A stretch of DNA of 64,000 bases from Eledone cirrhosa (Eukaryota): NCBI GenBank assembly GCA_964016885.1, contig OZ024751.1:15128001-15192000 (forward strand), in the 5' to 3' direction. How positions within the stretch are numbered: position 1 is the first letter of the stretch; each line of letters opens with the position of its first letter. The notes under the pieces are model-generated. The model saw only the letters and a program-made list of their open reading frames with translations. It was not told where the DNA came from and did no database searches. The position numbers and the translations under genes are program-made. Below, piece by piece: positions 12,331-61,793 of the stretch.

Positions 12331-13394
12331 AGAGCCAGAGGAGATACTACAATCCACCCCAACCAACTTTAGATTTGTCATCATCATCATCGTTTAACAT
12401 CTATCTTCTACGCTAGCATGGGTTTGGTACTTTATTAAAGCTGAAACGATGAAAGACAAAGGACACCTTGGCCCAACTCCAGATAAATAGGCACAACCCA
12501 GTAGCAATAGCACCATGTGGGCTCTCAACTCATTTTTCTGTCCACACTCTTCTCCTCGGGGATTAAAAACACGAAGGAGTGAGGGAGAGACAAAGATGAT
12601 AGAAGAGCTAGAAAGCTAAGCTAAATACTTAGTTCCGGGATTACTAATACGCAGATGTTCAGGTACTCAGTTTTTCTAATCCTTTTAGTCAAGGATCTGT
12701 TGCAGTCATGTCCATCCTTAGCACCACTCTCAGTCTAAGAACTACAATACTGCTTACAAAGAGGGGGAAGAGAAAGAAAGAGAGAGAGAGACTTACGTGC
12801 AGGTATGGATTAGCTAGATTAAGTAGTTAGTAGTTCATCGGCTTAAAAAAACTAAGTGAATTAAATAACTATATACCGTAAGAGAATGTTACCAAAACCC
12901 TCAAACATTGTAATAGATAAATTCACAGTTACAACTCAAGAAGCTACAGCTAATATAGACATTGGTGTATACATTGAACACTTTGTTCTATTTGTAAACA
13001 CAAACAGAGTGAAACAAAGCAGTGAAACAAAGCAATGGTTTTGACTAAATTTGTTATCAATAACATAATATATAAATATAACATTCATTTTTGCACACTA
13101 GCATGGGTTAGACGAGTTGTCCTGTTGTGAGACAAGTCAGATCAGGTGACCATGTCTTGCTCATACAAAACTGTTTCTGGCTTCGATGCCCTTCTTAATG
13201 CTAACCACATTTACAGTATGGACTGGAAACTTTTTATCATGGCACCAAAACAACTACTTTTCAATGTGAACTGGGTGCTTTTTGCTGTCACTAACCTGAC
13301 CACAAGAACACACGTGTGTGTGCATGTGTGTGGAGGGGGAATTGATTTGATTAAAACAACAGTTCTATCCATTGGTGAACCATGACTCATATAT

Positions 13395-13720
13395 ATCATC
13401 ATCATCGTTTTACGTCTGTTCTTCTACACTAGCATGGGTTAGACAGGTTGTCCTGTTGTGAGCAGTGTCCAGTCGGCTGACCTTGTCTTGCTCATACAGG
13501 AACTGATACTGGCTTGATTTCTACAGCTGGATGCCCTTCCTAACACCAACCTCATTTACAGTGAGTGCTGAGTGCTTTTTTTCCGTGGCACCTACACGTC
13601 CACTTTACAGTGTGGGCTGGGTGCTTTTTTGCCGTGGACCCTCCACGACCAGTTTGCAGTGGGAGGGTGTGGGGGCATATTGTCTATATGCTTCAGCTTC
13701 GGCTTGTTCCTGTGGGGGGA
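13395..13720 (-). mobile_element. 3'UTR fragment of RTE family A
   Basis: Near-identical to 570-870. Confidence 0.85.
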
Positions 13721-13729
13721 TATATATAT

Positions 13730-15937
13730 CATCATCATTTTACGTCCGCTCTTCCCTGCTTGCAAGGGTGGGACGGGTCTTATTCAGCACAGCATCTCTC
13801 CACTCGTCACAGTCCTTCGTCATCTCCACTGTGAGCTTCAACGATCTGAGGTCTGTTCTCACCACCTCCGCCCATGTTTTTCGTGGTCTACCTCTACCAT
13901 GTCTTCGTTCAACTGGCATTTCCTGGCACTTCTTCACCCATCGGTCATCCTCCATGCGCATCACATGTCCATACCACCTCAGTCTCCTCTCCCGTACACT
14001 ACATTCTATCCCTCTCAGACAGTTTCTCTCTCAACACATTCATGCTGGGTCGTTCACGCACATTTACACTGCACATCCAACGGAGCATGCTTGCCTCATT
14101 TCTCTCCAGCCGTCGCATATCCTCTGCAGTTGCTGCCCATGTCTCACTACCATGCAGCATCACGCTCCTCACACAGGCATCATATAACCGGCCTTTCATA
14201 CGCAGGGAGAAACCCTTCTTCGTCAGCAGAGGAAGCAGCTCCCTAAACTTCTTCCAACCCGTCCTTATTCTAGATACTATGGCCTCGGAACACCCTCCTC
14301 CCTTTATAGAATTTATGTCAGTTCCTTTTCTGCATATCGAACATGGCCATTTCCCTGATGGAATCAGAGTTTTGTCCTCTTTTCTACTCATCAACACTTT
14401 TGTCTTAGCTAGGTTCACTCTCAGTCCTCTTGCTTCCAACTGCTGTTTCCATAGCCAGAATTTATTCTCTAGCTCCTCTACTGATTCTGCTATAAGAACC
14501 AGATCGTCAGCATAGAGAAGTTCCCATGGACAGCCAGTCTTAAACTCCTCTGTTATGGCTTGGAGGACTATAATGAACAAGAGCAGGCTGAGGACCGAAC
14601 CTTGATGTACTCCTACTTGTTTCTGGAATTCCTACCCTGACTTTACTGAGAGTACCTCTGTACAAAGTTTGCACTGTCCTCACAAGCCATTCAACACCTA
14701 GTTTCCTTAGGGACCACCAGATGAAGGTCGGGGTACCCTATCAAAGGCCTTCTCTAGGTCAACAAAGGCTAAGTATAGTGGCTTATTTTTCTCTAAGAAC
14801 CTCTCTTGCAATTGTCTCACCAAGAAGAGGGCATCTGTTGTACTCTCCCCAGGCACAAAACCAAACTGCATCTCATCTAGTTTGACCCTTTCTCTAATTA
14901 GTTGTGCTAATATCCTTTCTGCCACTTTCATTACCTGATCCATCAGTTTTATACCCCTATAATTGCTCCTCTCCAGAGCATCCCCTTTACCTTTGTAGCA
15001 ATTTATGAGAATACTGCTGCACCAGTCTTTGGGTATGACACTACCATATATAGCCTGATTGATGATGCGTGCAACCAGTTTAGTGCCTACGTCCCCTGAT
15101 GCCTTCAGCATCTCAGCAACTATTCCCGATGGTCCAGCAGCCTTACCATTTTTCATTTTCTTAAACGCCTCTTGGACCCTATATTCGTCAATCTCAATAG
15201 CTGGTCCCTCTGTCGGATCTACTAAGGGTAATTTCTCTCTCTCCCATTCGTTCTCCACATTCATCAGTCTCATAATGACATTTCCAGGCCTCCATGTTCT
15301 GATCATTCGTGACACTAAGTACACCGGCATCATCCCGGACACATTTATCTCCAACAACATCCTGATTTGCATTGACAGACTGCCTTGCAATGTGGAACAC
15401 CGCACGCCTCTGATCTTCCCATCGCAGAACATTGGCAAACCTCCCACTCTCAGCCTCCCTGCATGCTAAGTACACCTGACGTCTAGCTTCTCTCTTAGCG
15501 GCTGTATATTCTTCCCTACTCCCACCCTTTTTCTAAGCCTTCCATGCTAGTATTTTGTCTCTAATGGCCTTATCTACTGTGCTGTTCCACCACCAGGTCA
15601 CTCTCTGTCTGGTTGGAGCTCTGCTCCAGCCACAAGTTTCATCAGTAGCCTGCAGCAAGTTGTCACGTAAGAAATTCCAGTTATTATCTATGTCATACAT
15701 CTCTAAATCGTCTTTTTCATCATATACATCTTGAAGGGCTTTCCTAAATTTGTATTTTAGTGAAAGGTCTTTTAGCTTCCAGACCTTTCTTCTCCACACC
15801 TTCCTGTATGTCTCATTCCATCTCTTGCTTACTGAGATATCACTAACAACTAACCTATGCTGTGGGGTACATTCTTCCCCAGGGTATGCCTTGGTATTAG
15901 ACACTATCTGCCTGTCCCGCTGCCTAACTAGTAAGAT
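13730..15937 (-). mobile_element. RTE-clade LINE (family B), truncated and decayed
   Basis: Broken ORF with QHRLVV, TWWWN, NYRGIKL, FVDLEKAFDRV, LYADD, GRPRKTW; tail CCCTTGCAAGCAGGG...(GAT)n; (TA)n on both sides. Confidence 0.93.
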
Positions 15938-16999
15938 ATATATATATATATAATAGTAGAACACTGGAGGGTTATATCCGTAGTAATAGAGCACTAAGTC
16001 CATGGGACGAATTTGGTAGAATTAGTTCCACAACAGTTAGTTCACCATACCAAGAACAAATGTTTCACCTTAAGCAGATCTTTAGCTATCTCAAAAATGT
16101 AAAGATATGTTGAAAATTGTAACCAGAAACATAGAAATTCAGGTTGATCATGGCTCAAATGCCTTTGAATCTCAATCTAATGGGTTAGGGTCAACCTGGT
16201 GTTAAACAATAGCAACAACAGTTCAGGGACAGAAAAATGTTTATGGAATATAATTGTTTCTACTATTGGCACAAGGCCAGCAATTATCCCAGTGCATTAT
16301 CAACCCCGTAAGGATGAAAGACAAAGTTAACCTCGGCGGGATTTGAACTCAGACTATAAAGGGGCGTAACTATGCTGGAAAGCATGGCGACCGACCCTCT
16401 ACCGATACTGTCAATATAATAATGATTTCTTATCTAGGCACAAGACTTGCAATAGACCCCAGTATTTGACAGGTACTTTATTTTATCAACCCCAGAAGGA
16501 TGAAAGGTAAAGTTGACCTTGGCGTTATTTGAACTCTGAACATAAAGAGCAGGAAAAAATACCATAAAGCATGTTACCCAACACTAATGATTCTGCCAAT
16601 GCATCACCCTCTTGGAATATAATAATTATTTCTACTTTTGGCACAAGGCCAGCAATTATCCCAGTGCATTACTGGTACTTTATTTTATCGACCCTGTAAG
16701 GATGAAAGGCAAAGTTAAGTTCAGTGGGATTTGAACTCAAGAGGTGAAAGGCAGTAAACGCTATGCCACAAAGCATGTTGTCCGATACCCTACTGATACT
16801 GCCAATCCACCGCCCTCTTGGAATATAATAATGGAACGTGTTTCACTAAAAACAAAAGGAAGAGTTTGCCCAAATTCTTGAGACAAGCTGTTTGCAAAGT
16901 TAACTATAGTTTTTGTGGTCTGGTTGTCATGAAAAATATCAGTTGCATCCAGAAAGTCAAGATGCAAAACAACTTCTGTAACAATGGGGGGGGGGGATA

Positions 17000-17400
17000 G
17001 AGAGAGAAACAGAGACTGTATGTATGTGAGCGAAAGAGAGAGAACAGAGCAGCAGTGTGTATATAAAAGAGTATGTGTGTGTGTGAGAGAGAAGGGGAAG
17101 TGTGTGTGAAAGTGTATATATATGAGAGAGAGAGGGAGAGGCAGTGTGTGTACGTGAAAGAGTATGTGTGTGTGAGAGAGACAGAGAGGCAGTGTGTGTA
17201 TGTGAAAGAGTATGTGTGTGAGAGAGAGAGAGGCAGTGTATCTGAAAGAATATATATGTGAGAGAGAGAGAGGCAGTGTGTGTATGTGAAAGAGTATATA
17301 TGTGAGAGAGAGAGAGGCAGTGTGTGTACGTGAAAAAGTATATATGTGAGAGAGAGAGGGGCAGTGTGTGTATGTGAAAGAGTTTGCATGTATGAGAGAG
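17000..17400. repeat. GA/GT compound minisatellite
   Basis: gagagagaggcagtgtgtgtatgtgaaagagtatatgtgt units. Confidence 0.85.
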
Positions 17401-17633
17401 TCTTTCGTGAAGCTGTGGAATATATAGCTAGATTAAGTAGTCAGTAGTTCATCAGATTAAGACACTATGTACTCTAAGAGAATGTTGTTTACTAACCCCT
17501 TGTATATTCTAATATGGTGGATGAGATAACCAGAGCTGGCACAACTTTCAGATACCTGACATTAATAACTAAAACAATGTGGCTGGAGTTGATATAATAA
17601 AATACCAGTTAAGTACGGGGGGGGGGGGGGTAT

Positions 17634-17861
17634 TTAACCCTTTAGCATTTACAATACTCTATATTTACTATTATATTTTTGTGGTAAAGGCTTTACTTCA
17701 TATAAGTATCTAACATAATATGGAATCTATGAGATTTTATATTATTTATTTTAAGAACAATACCTTAACATAAGTATGAGTGGCAGGTTACAGCCGGTTT
17801 CAACAGAAAGAGGTGAGAGAATTCTGGCCAGATATGGCCGGTTTAAATGCTAAAGGGTTAA
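17634..17861 (-). mobile_element. piggyBac-type MITE, reverse orientation
   Basis: Same TIRs with TTAA TSD. Confidence 0.85.
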
Positions 17862-19760
17862 TCAACTTTACCATTCCCCCAAATATGCTGGCCTTGTGCC
17901 TAAATTAGAAAATTCTTGTAGAAAGGGAAATCAAGTTGCAGTTCTTTCAACCAAATCTTTGATTCCTATTGACAAAATGTTTATAGAGAAAATATGGTTT
18001 CTGATTTAGACACAAGGCTAACAATTTTGGGAGAGGGGCAAGTCGATTAAATCGACTCCAGTGCGTTACTGGTACTTTATTTTATCAACCCTGTAAGGAT
18101 GAAAGCAAAGCTAATCATGATGGGATTTGAACTCAGAATGTAAAGGATTAAATAATAATAATAATAATAATTGTTTCTACTTTAGGCACAAGGCCAGCAA
18201 TTACCCAGTACATTACTGGTACTTTATTTTATCGACCCCGTAAGGATGAAAGGCAAAGTTAACCTCGGCAGGATTTGAACTCAGAATGTAAAGGGACGTA
18301 ACTATGCTAAAAAGCATGGCGTCCAACCCTCTACCGGTACTGCCAATTCACCGCCCTAATAATAATAATAATAATAATGGAAATATTGTGTACAGTGCTC
18401 AGGTTATCACTAAATACCACAAAGCATGTTGTCCGAGACAACAAAGCTATCATATAAATAGGTAAGTTAAAGTAGTTACCAATTTACCAATGTGGCACTA
18501 ACAAACTTGTATTCTAATCTGAAGCTTCAAATAAATTCTAAATATTAAATACATTATTTCGAACAATCAGAATCAGAGATACAATTCAAGCTGCAGCAAC
18601 TTACAGGATATAAGACTGTATTATGGTCCACCCTGTAATGTTGTGGTACTGATGATATGACAAACAGCGCCCAGTCCACCCTGTAAGGTGATTTTGCTGG
18701 TGACATGATAAAAAGCACCCAGTTCACCCTGTAAGGTTGTTGTGCTGGTGATATGACAAAACGCGATTAGTTCACCCTGTAAGGTAATTGTGCTGGTGTC
18801 ATGGCAAAAAGCACCTAGTTCACCCTGTAATGTTGTCCTGCTGGTGACATGATAAAAAGCACCCATTTCATCCTGTAAGATGGTTATGCTGGTGACGATG
18901 ATTAAAGCACCCAGTCCACCATGCTAGATGGTCGTTTTGGTGGCACAATAAAAAGTCCAAGCTGTAATGATTTTGGCATTAGGACATCAGTAGAAACCAG
19001 GCCAAAAATACAGATCCATATGAGCAAGACATGGCCAGCTGGCTTATTTTGTTTCATAACATAACAACCCTTTAACCCATATAAGCATGGAAAAAAATGG
19101 ACGTTAAACGATGATGGTGATGATGAACACCGTTATCAACACACACGTGTTGAATGTAAATCAAATGCTATCTTAGTAGACCTTTGATCATGGATCTATT
19201 GTTTAAGGGCTGATAATAAAAATGGATCAGAACGAAAAAAAAAAAAAACTTGCACATTCTATCAATCCCACACTAAGCTGGTGTTTGCCCCTGAAAATAT
19301 TTGAGGCAACCCCCCAAACACTCTCGGCATTACTGTTAGTGGTAGCGAACCTGAGGCGCCAAAACAGGTAAGCACCCTCACAAAGATCATATGATGCTTC
19401 AGTGAAAGGAAATACCAACGATAACAACAACAATTCTTAGTCAGAATTCTCGTGTGTGTGTGTGTGTGTCTCTGTGTGTGTGTGTGTAATTGTAACAGAA
19501 GAAATAACATTGTTACAGTCAAAATTTATGAACGGAAGACGACCGTTCCTTTCCCATAAACTGAATTGAAGGTGTTGCCTCCACATTGAATAACTTCGCG
19601 ACAATCCTTTTGCGTGGCGTGAGACGAATTATTTAACAGAAATTGTAAGGTTATATGAATATTTCAATAAATTTCCTTCGTTAAATATATCTTAATAATT
19701 CTTTCTAAGTTTTAGACAAGGTCAAAAATTTGGGGAATGAGAAAGTTGGTTATATTTGAA

Positions 19761-20045
19761 CGGCGAGTGACCTAGTGATAAAGGTGTCGGGCTGACAATT
19801 ATAATGTTGTGGGTTCGATTCCTAGACTGGGCTGTGTGTTGTGTTCTTATGCAAAACACTTTGTTTTCACGTTACTCCAGTATACTCAGCTGAAAATGAG
19901 TACCGGCAATAGCTGGGGGTTTAACCCAGCGATGGGCTGTCGTCCTGTCCTAGGGGGAGAGTCTTGTACTCTCGGCCGCGGAAACTGAGGTAAGCATGCG
20001 GCCTGATGAGCCTCCGGGTTCGAAACGGACTTTAGACTTTTAGAT
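19761..20045 (+). mobile_element. tRNA-derived CORE-like SINE with a different tail; other copies at 49669-49950 (+) and 50240-50440 (-)
   Basis: A box tgacctagtg, B box ggttcgattcc, core ttcttatgcaaaacactt, tail gcggcctgatgagcc...gacttta repeats. Confidence 0.75.
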
Positions 20046-20925
20046 TCCAGTACTTAACTGGCGTCATCATGTCCAAGCACCGGTCTGATGAGCCTGAGTG
20101 TTTGCAAACGATACTGTAATGGAAGTAGATTTACTATTGCCAATAAATCCAGTTCACCTCGCTAGTTAAAACGTTAGATTAACAACACCCAAAACAGGTA
20201 ATCAATCCATGCCTATCCATCTATCCTCACTCACTAAGTCTACACAGACTTGGACAACGAAGAATAATTTAGAAAATGCTTAATTTTTAATGAAATATTA
20301 GGCTATATTTTATTGAACAGAAATATCTGTCGGCTGTAAGAAAGGTATTGTTTGTAGGAGGAGAGATATTGAAAAAATTATCATAATCTCTCTTACCTGT
20401 CAGAATGTACGAGAAAAGAGATGTTACATTATAGTTTCAAGATTAAGGCTGGTTTATATAATAATCAATAAAAGAAAATCAAATATACCAGGTGAAAAAA
20501 AAAAATATATATATATATATATATACACCTAATGCACACATTTTATTTATCCATTTTTTTTTTTTTAATCGTAAATTTGACAATATGGAACCATATAACC
20601 AAATAAGGGGTTAGACATAATTTGAATGTTTATTACTAATAATTGTTTCTACTTTTGGCACAAGGCCAGCAATTACCCAGTACATTACTGGTACTTTATT
20701 TTATCGACCCCGTAAGGATGAAAGGCAAATTTAACGTCGACGGGATTTGAACTCAAACCGTAAAGGGATTTGAACTCGAATTAACTCCTAACATGACAAC
20801 AACACTATTTTATCATAAATGATGATGAAGGAAGAAAGATGATACCGCCGTCCACTTGTGTATGTGGAAATAGTACACCTACTTTATTTAAAAGTATCTC
20901 GCATCCCTCGTTTACATACACACAG

Positions 20926-20959
<34 letters not shown>

Positions 20960-21437
20960 TTGTGAGTGCATACATACAAGCCCACAAGGTTGTTTCTAGA
21001 AATAGCAGTCAAACTTCCCTAAAATCCCACCCTAACATTTTGAAAAAGGAAGGACACACTGGGCAATGTGTGTGTGTGTGTGTAATATGACAAATAAAAT
21101 GTAAACGTTTATGTGACGAAACATAATGAAAAAGGATGAAATACCACAATAATGTTATTACATATGACCTCACCAAATACCAATTTTCCAACCAACCATA
21201 TCCACTATTAGGTTTCTTTCATTTAAGATAGATTTATTTCTTTTTGTTTTTTTTTCCAGAATAAATTACAACTCTAAACAGCGATGGCGATGCTCCATCC
21301 TGGCCCTATCCCGTTGACTTAATATTTAAAAAAAAATTATTAAAAGAGTTACTACTATTTAAATATTAAATCTGGTTTGTGCAGTCAATAAAACCAATAG
21401 CTGTAATATAAACAAACCTTTACTAGGTGGATATATA

Positions 21438-21513
21438 CAAGGCGTTCCCCCCAAAATGTATACACACTTTGTTTACAATGCTGTTGACGTGTGTATACAT
21501 TTCTGGGACACCC

Positions 21514-21515
<2 letters not shown>
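21438..21515. mobile_element. Tiny mariner-like MITE (second degenerate copy at 21899-21980)
   Basis: TIR approximately CAGGGTGTCCC..AAATGTATACACAC, within TA/TG microsatellite. Confidence 0.55.
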
Positions 21516-21552
<37 letters not shown>

Positions 21553-21976
21553 GTGTGTAATTATAAAGAGTACCCCGGCGGCTGAGCTCTTGCCGTTTCA
21601 ACAGCTAAAGGTAAAATAAAAACGATGTAGATAATGTTGGATAACTTTAGCATTGTAGTGATATATGCCATGTTTCCACGATAAATTATCTACATTTGTG
21701 TGGAATTCTATATAATATAGATCTATTGTGTACTAAGAAGCTAATAAATCATATTTATTTATCTTCCCACTGTTACCAAGGGTGACAAAAGTAGATTTTC
21801 ATTTCATTATTAGAGGATGGTAAAACAGATTTTATATTAGGTTCTTTTAGATAACCAAATAAAGTCTTTATATGTATATATATATATATATATACATACA
21901 GGATGTCCCCCAAAATATATACATAATTTAACAGAAAGGTAATCAAAGTTTATACATGAGGGGGGGGGGGGGGGGC

Positions 21977-22086
<110 letters not shown>

Positions 22087-22563
22087 ATGAGAATGGCACA
22101 GTAGTTGACAAGAGACAAAGTCATAGTTTATAAATTATACTTAGAAGCAAATCTGATGTAAACATTTGCAACCATCCTCACCAATTTAGAAACATGATGG
22201 TCACTGTGTGTGTGTGAGTGTGTGAGTGTGTGAGTGTGCGTGCGTGTCTGTGTTTGGAGGGTGGCTATATTTATTATTTTCGTTCTTCATATAAGACTGA
22301 TATTGTATATGTCTATATGCGATCAAAACTGGATTAAATCTGTTAGGGGGGGGGGGGGTCTTAGCACTTACGATCATGGTGCTCGCCTTCATTTAAAGTC
22401 TGGTAAACAAAATCTCAGGGAGAAGGGAGGTCAAAAAATTTTGATTGAATAAAATTGTGCCTCTCATCCTTTAATGCCTTAAACGTGTTTATTTTGCTTA
22501 ACGGTTAATCCAATCCAGTTATGCATTAAGACCTACATATGTATGTAGATCTATATACAGATA

Positions 22564-22596
<33 letters not shown>

Positions 22597-22876
22597 GAGT
22601 GTGTTTGTTTGTGTACACATACTCGATGGTAAGTGTATATATTTGTAATACATATAAGAACAATCACAAACAAAAGAAATAATTTATTTGAAAGAAGTGA
22701 ACGAAAATACTGCATGCTTGAAGGAATTATAGCAGAACTGTTTACATAAATAATAGCATATAACCTTAAAAAAATTGACTGAAAAATGTATAAACAAAAC
22801 AGTTACTATGATAGATAGATATTATAAAATAGTTGTTATGAATAATGGTGTCGAAGCGAGTAGAAAATTGACTTAC

Positions 22877-22918
22877 CCAGAACAACAAACACAGGATTAG
22901 TACGCAACACTTGGACAT
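22877..22918 (-). CDS. Candidate first coding exon of a divergent gene (MSKCCVLILCLLFW, signal-peptide-like)
   Basis: aagATG context, hydrophobic peptide, perfect TGG|gtaagt donor, head-to-head about 490 bp from the ATP5F1A ATG; downstream exons not established. Confidence 0.4.
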
Positions 22919-23120
22919 CTTGGTGCTTAAAGACATAATTTAAAGTGACGAAATGTCAGCAACACTACAAGGAATTATCAGAGAGTAGCAGTAGTACTAC
23001 TACTAATTGTTATTGTGGGGGAGGGGGTTAGATATTATTTGTTTAATCTGGTGAGGATGGTGGTGAATCAATGAATGTATAAATTTGTCTGACGACGGCG
23101 ACGAGATACAACATACAAAT

Positions 23121-23380
23121 TGTGACGTTCTCATTCACGTGACTAGATCTCATGGCTTCACGATATTCTCCGGAAACAAGTTTCGTAATTTTTATTGAAA
23201 TTCAATAGAAATCTTTATTATTATTATTACTATTGTTATTATGGCTTTTCATTTTAATACAAGATAATTTCTTATGAAAAAAAAAAAATATTTCATCAAT
23301 ATTAAAAAAAAAAAAATCCACTTGAAATGAATATCATTCCCATGATGCTTTAGCTCTATCTTTGCCGTTCAGCCATATTC
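23121..23380 (+). promoter_or_regulatory. ATP5F1A proximal promoter (possibly bidirectional)
   Basis: TGACGT (23123), E-box TCACGTGAC (23135-23143), Staf/ZNF143-like TTCCCATGATGCTTTAG (23337-23353), pyrimidine-rich initiator-like ctctatcttt, and YY1-like GCCATATT (23372-23379), all just upstream of the ATG. Confidence 0.55.
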
Positions 23381-23408
23381 TTATCCAGACATCGTTCGTC
23401 TCTCAAAG

Positions 23409-31913
<8,505 letters not shown>

Positions 31914-32028
31914 GGGTAACAGTGCTTATTAGGAAGGTGAAGTTGAGGAAATGTTTATTACATCATTAGTTATCATTGCCACATATAAAAAACTTCGTCT
32001 TAGATGTATGTACAGATAGACGTTTATT

Positions 32029-32034
32029 AATAAA
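32029..32034 (+). terminator. Polyadenylation signal of ATP5F1A
   Basis: AATAAA about 115 nt after the stop codon, followed by a GT-rich tract (ttgtcttgtttgttgt). Confidence 0.7.
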
Positions 32035-32540
32035 TGAAAATTAATTCTAAATTTGTCTTGTTTGTTGTATCAACTACATATTCCACCTGATTTTACCTAG
32101 TCTTCAACATATACATATCACGGTGTGATCAGATGTCTGCTTTACCTGTGAAGGCATGTGGCCAAGTGATAAGTTCATGGATTCAATTTTTGAACCAGCT
32201 CGCATAGTGTGTTCTCAAGCAAGACAGGACGGGTTCCCCTGTCATTAAAACACTTGAGAATCATGAATGGCAACTTTGTAAGAGGCTAGCCAATACTGAT
32301 CTTTACATGCTGAACTAAGCTTTTGGACATAAACATCAAATGGTGTCAATAAGGAGCAAAGACATGTCCATATATAGGTAATGTGACCATCCCATCAATA
32401 CATTAAAATTAAACTAAAGCCAACCAAACAAACTATTCACCTAACACACGACTGCTCAAGGAAGAGTTGAACCATACACATCCTAAACTGTCCCAACTCT
32501 CCCAGCAAAGCAACCACTAACCTAAAGATGGCAGCCATTA

Positions 32541-33399
32541 TCATCACTGTTTTACGTCTTTTCTTCCACGCTTGCATGGGTTAGACGGGTTGTCCCGTTG
32601 TGGGCAGTGTCCAGTCAGCTGACCTTTTGTGTTGCTCATACGGGAACTGATTCTGGCTTGATTAGTACAGCTGGATGCCCTTCTTAACACCAACCTCATT
32701 TAGTGAGTGCTGGGTGCTTTTTTGCTGTGGCACCTCCACAACCACTTTGCAATGGGAGGGGCATATTGTCTATATGCTTCAGTTTCCGCTTGTTCTCGTG
32801 GGAAGATGAGTCTTCTGTATTACTGTGTGACATCACCTTTGAGAGGTGCAATTGGCTTTTATCACCCCCCACTCCGCAGCTTCCATCGACTACTAGTGCT
32901 CTGTACCTTTTTATGCATCACATGTCCATACCAACGCAACCTCCTCTCCTACACAGCATTTGATTCCCCTTATGCTCAGTCTCTCTCTCAATTCGTTTAT
33001 GCTTTGCCATTCGCGTATATTACTATTACACATCCATCGGAGCATGCAGGTTTTGTTTCTTTCTAATCTGCACAAGTCTTCTACAGACAGCGCCCAGGTC
33101 TCACTACCATGTAACATTGCTGTTTGTATACATGCATCATACAGTCTGACTTTCATTTTGAGGGTAAAACCTTTTGCAGCTAGCAGTGGCTCCCTGAACT
33201 TCTTCCATCCCATTCTTACCCTAGTTATTGTACTTTCCGAACACCCACCTAGATAACAGAAGCTGTCTACTGTTTCTACAGAGCCCTCCCAGAGTTTGGT
33301 GGTACTTGTTTCCTGTGGCCATTTGCTGTTTGCTGTCCTAGTTAAGCTTCCTGTGATCCCACTACATCCCTTGTTTACATTTGGGGCAGAGGATGGAGT
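32541..33399 (-). mobile_element. Internally deleted 3' fragment of RTE family A between the two convergent genes
   Basis: WEGSVETVDSFCYLG, LYDACIQTAMLHGSETW and the same 3'UTR as 570-870. Confidence 0.9.
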
Positions 33400-34098
33400 C
33401 ATATTTATATATAATGGTGGTAGTGTTGGTGCTGTGACAAACCAATCCACCCGATAAAATAGTAAATGCTCGTGCCATGAAGGAAGATCCCAGTCTATGT
33501 TGTAAAGTGGTTGGCTATCCAGGCAGAAAACGGAGCATATGAGGTCATATGACCTGTCTAACCCATGCAAGCATTGAGACAGATCTTAAAGATGCCCATA
33601 GCTTCCATCTACCAATTTCACTCAAGGCTAAATTGAAAGACACTTGTGAAAGATGGTTGTAGAGTGAACTTCACCACAGAGCCACACCAGTTTATATATA
33701 TGTATTTAATATTGTAATTAGTAAATAATATAGCATTAACGAACAATGTATTGGTAAATGCAACTGACCTGTGGTCATTGAAGCAGTTTTGTTGCCTCAT
33801 GCATCTCAAGACATGGAAGCTTTTAAGCCTAATAATAGCACCAGTTTCTTATGGGTCAATCATTAGTTCACAGCAAGAGATAAACAAGTATTGCAGGGGA
33901 TATTGGTAAAAGATGTACACACACACATTGCCATGACAGTCTTCAACACAGCTTCTGTCTACCAAATTCCACTCACAAGGTACTGGCTAACTCTAGGCTA
34001 TGATATCTAGTCCAATATATCAGTCTAGCAGTGTTATGAGGGATAAAATGTTGGCAAATGAAATAAATCTACAACACAGTCTTTAGTGATGATGTATT

Positions 34099-61793
<27,695 letters not shown>

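Noticed and set aside
11913-12362. Cys-rich 23-aa repeat ORF
   Set aside because: A product of the 69-bp tandem repeat containing a SINE fragment, with a non-ATG start.
20001-20030. CTGATGAG...CGAAAC hammerhead-like motif
   Set aside because: The hairpin uses the core GA itself and there is no stem I or III. It is the ordinary 3' stem-loop of the SINE tail.
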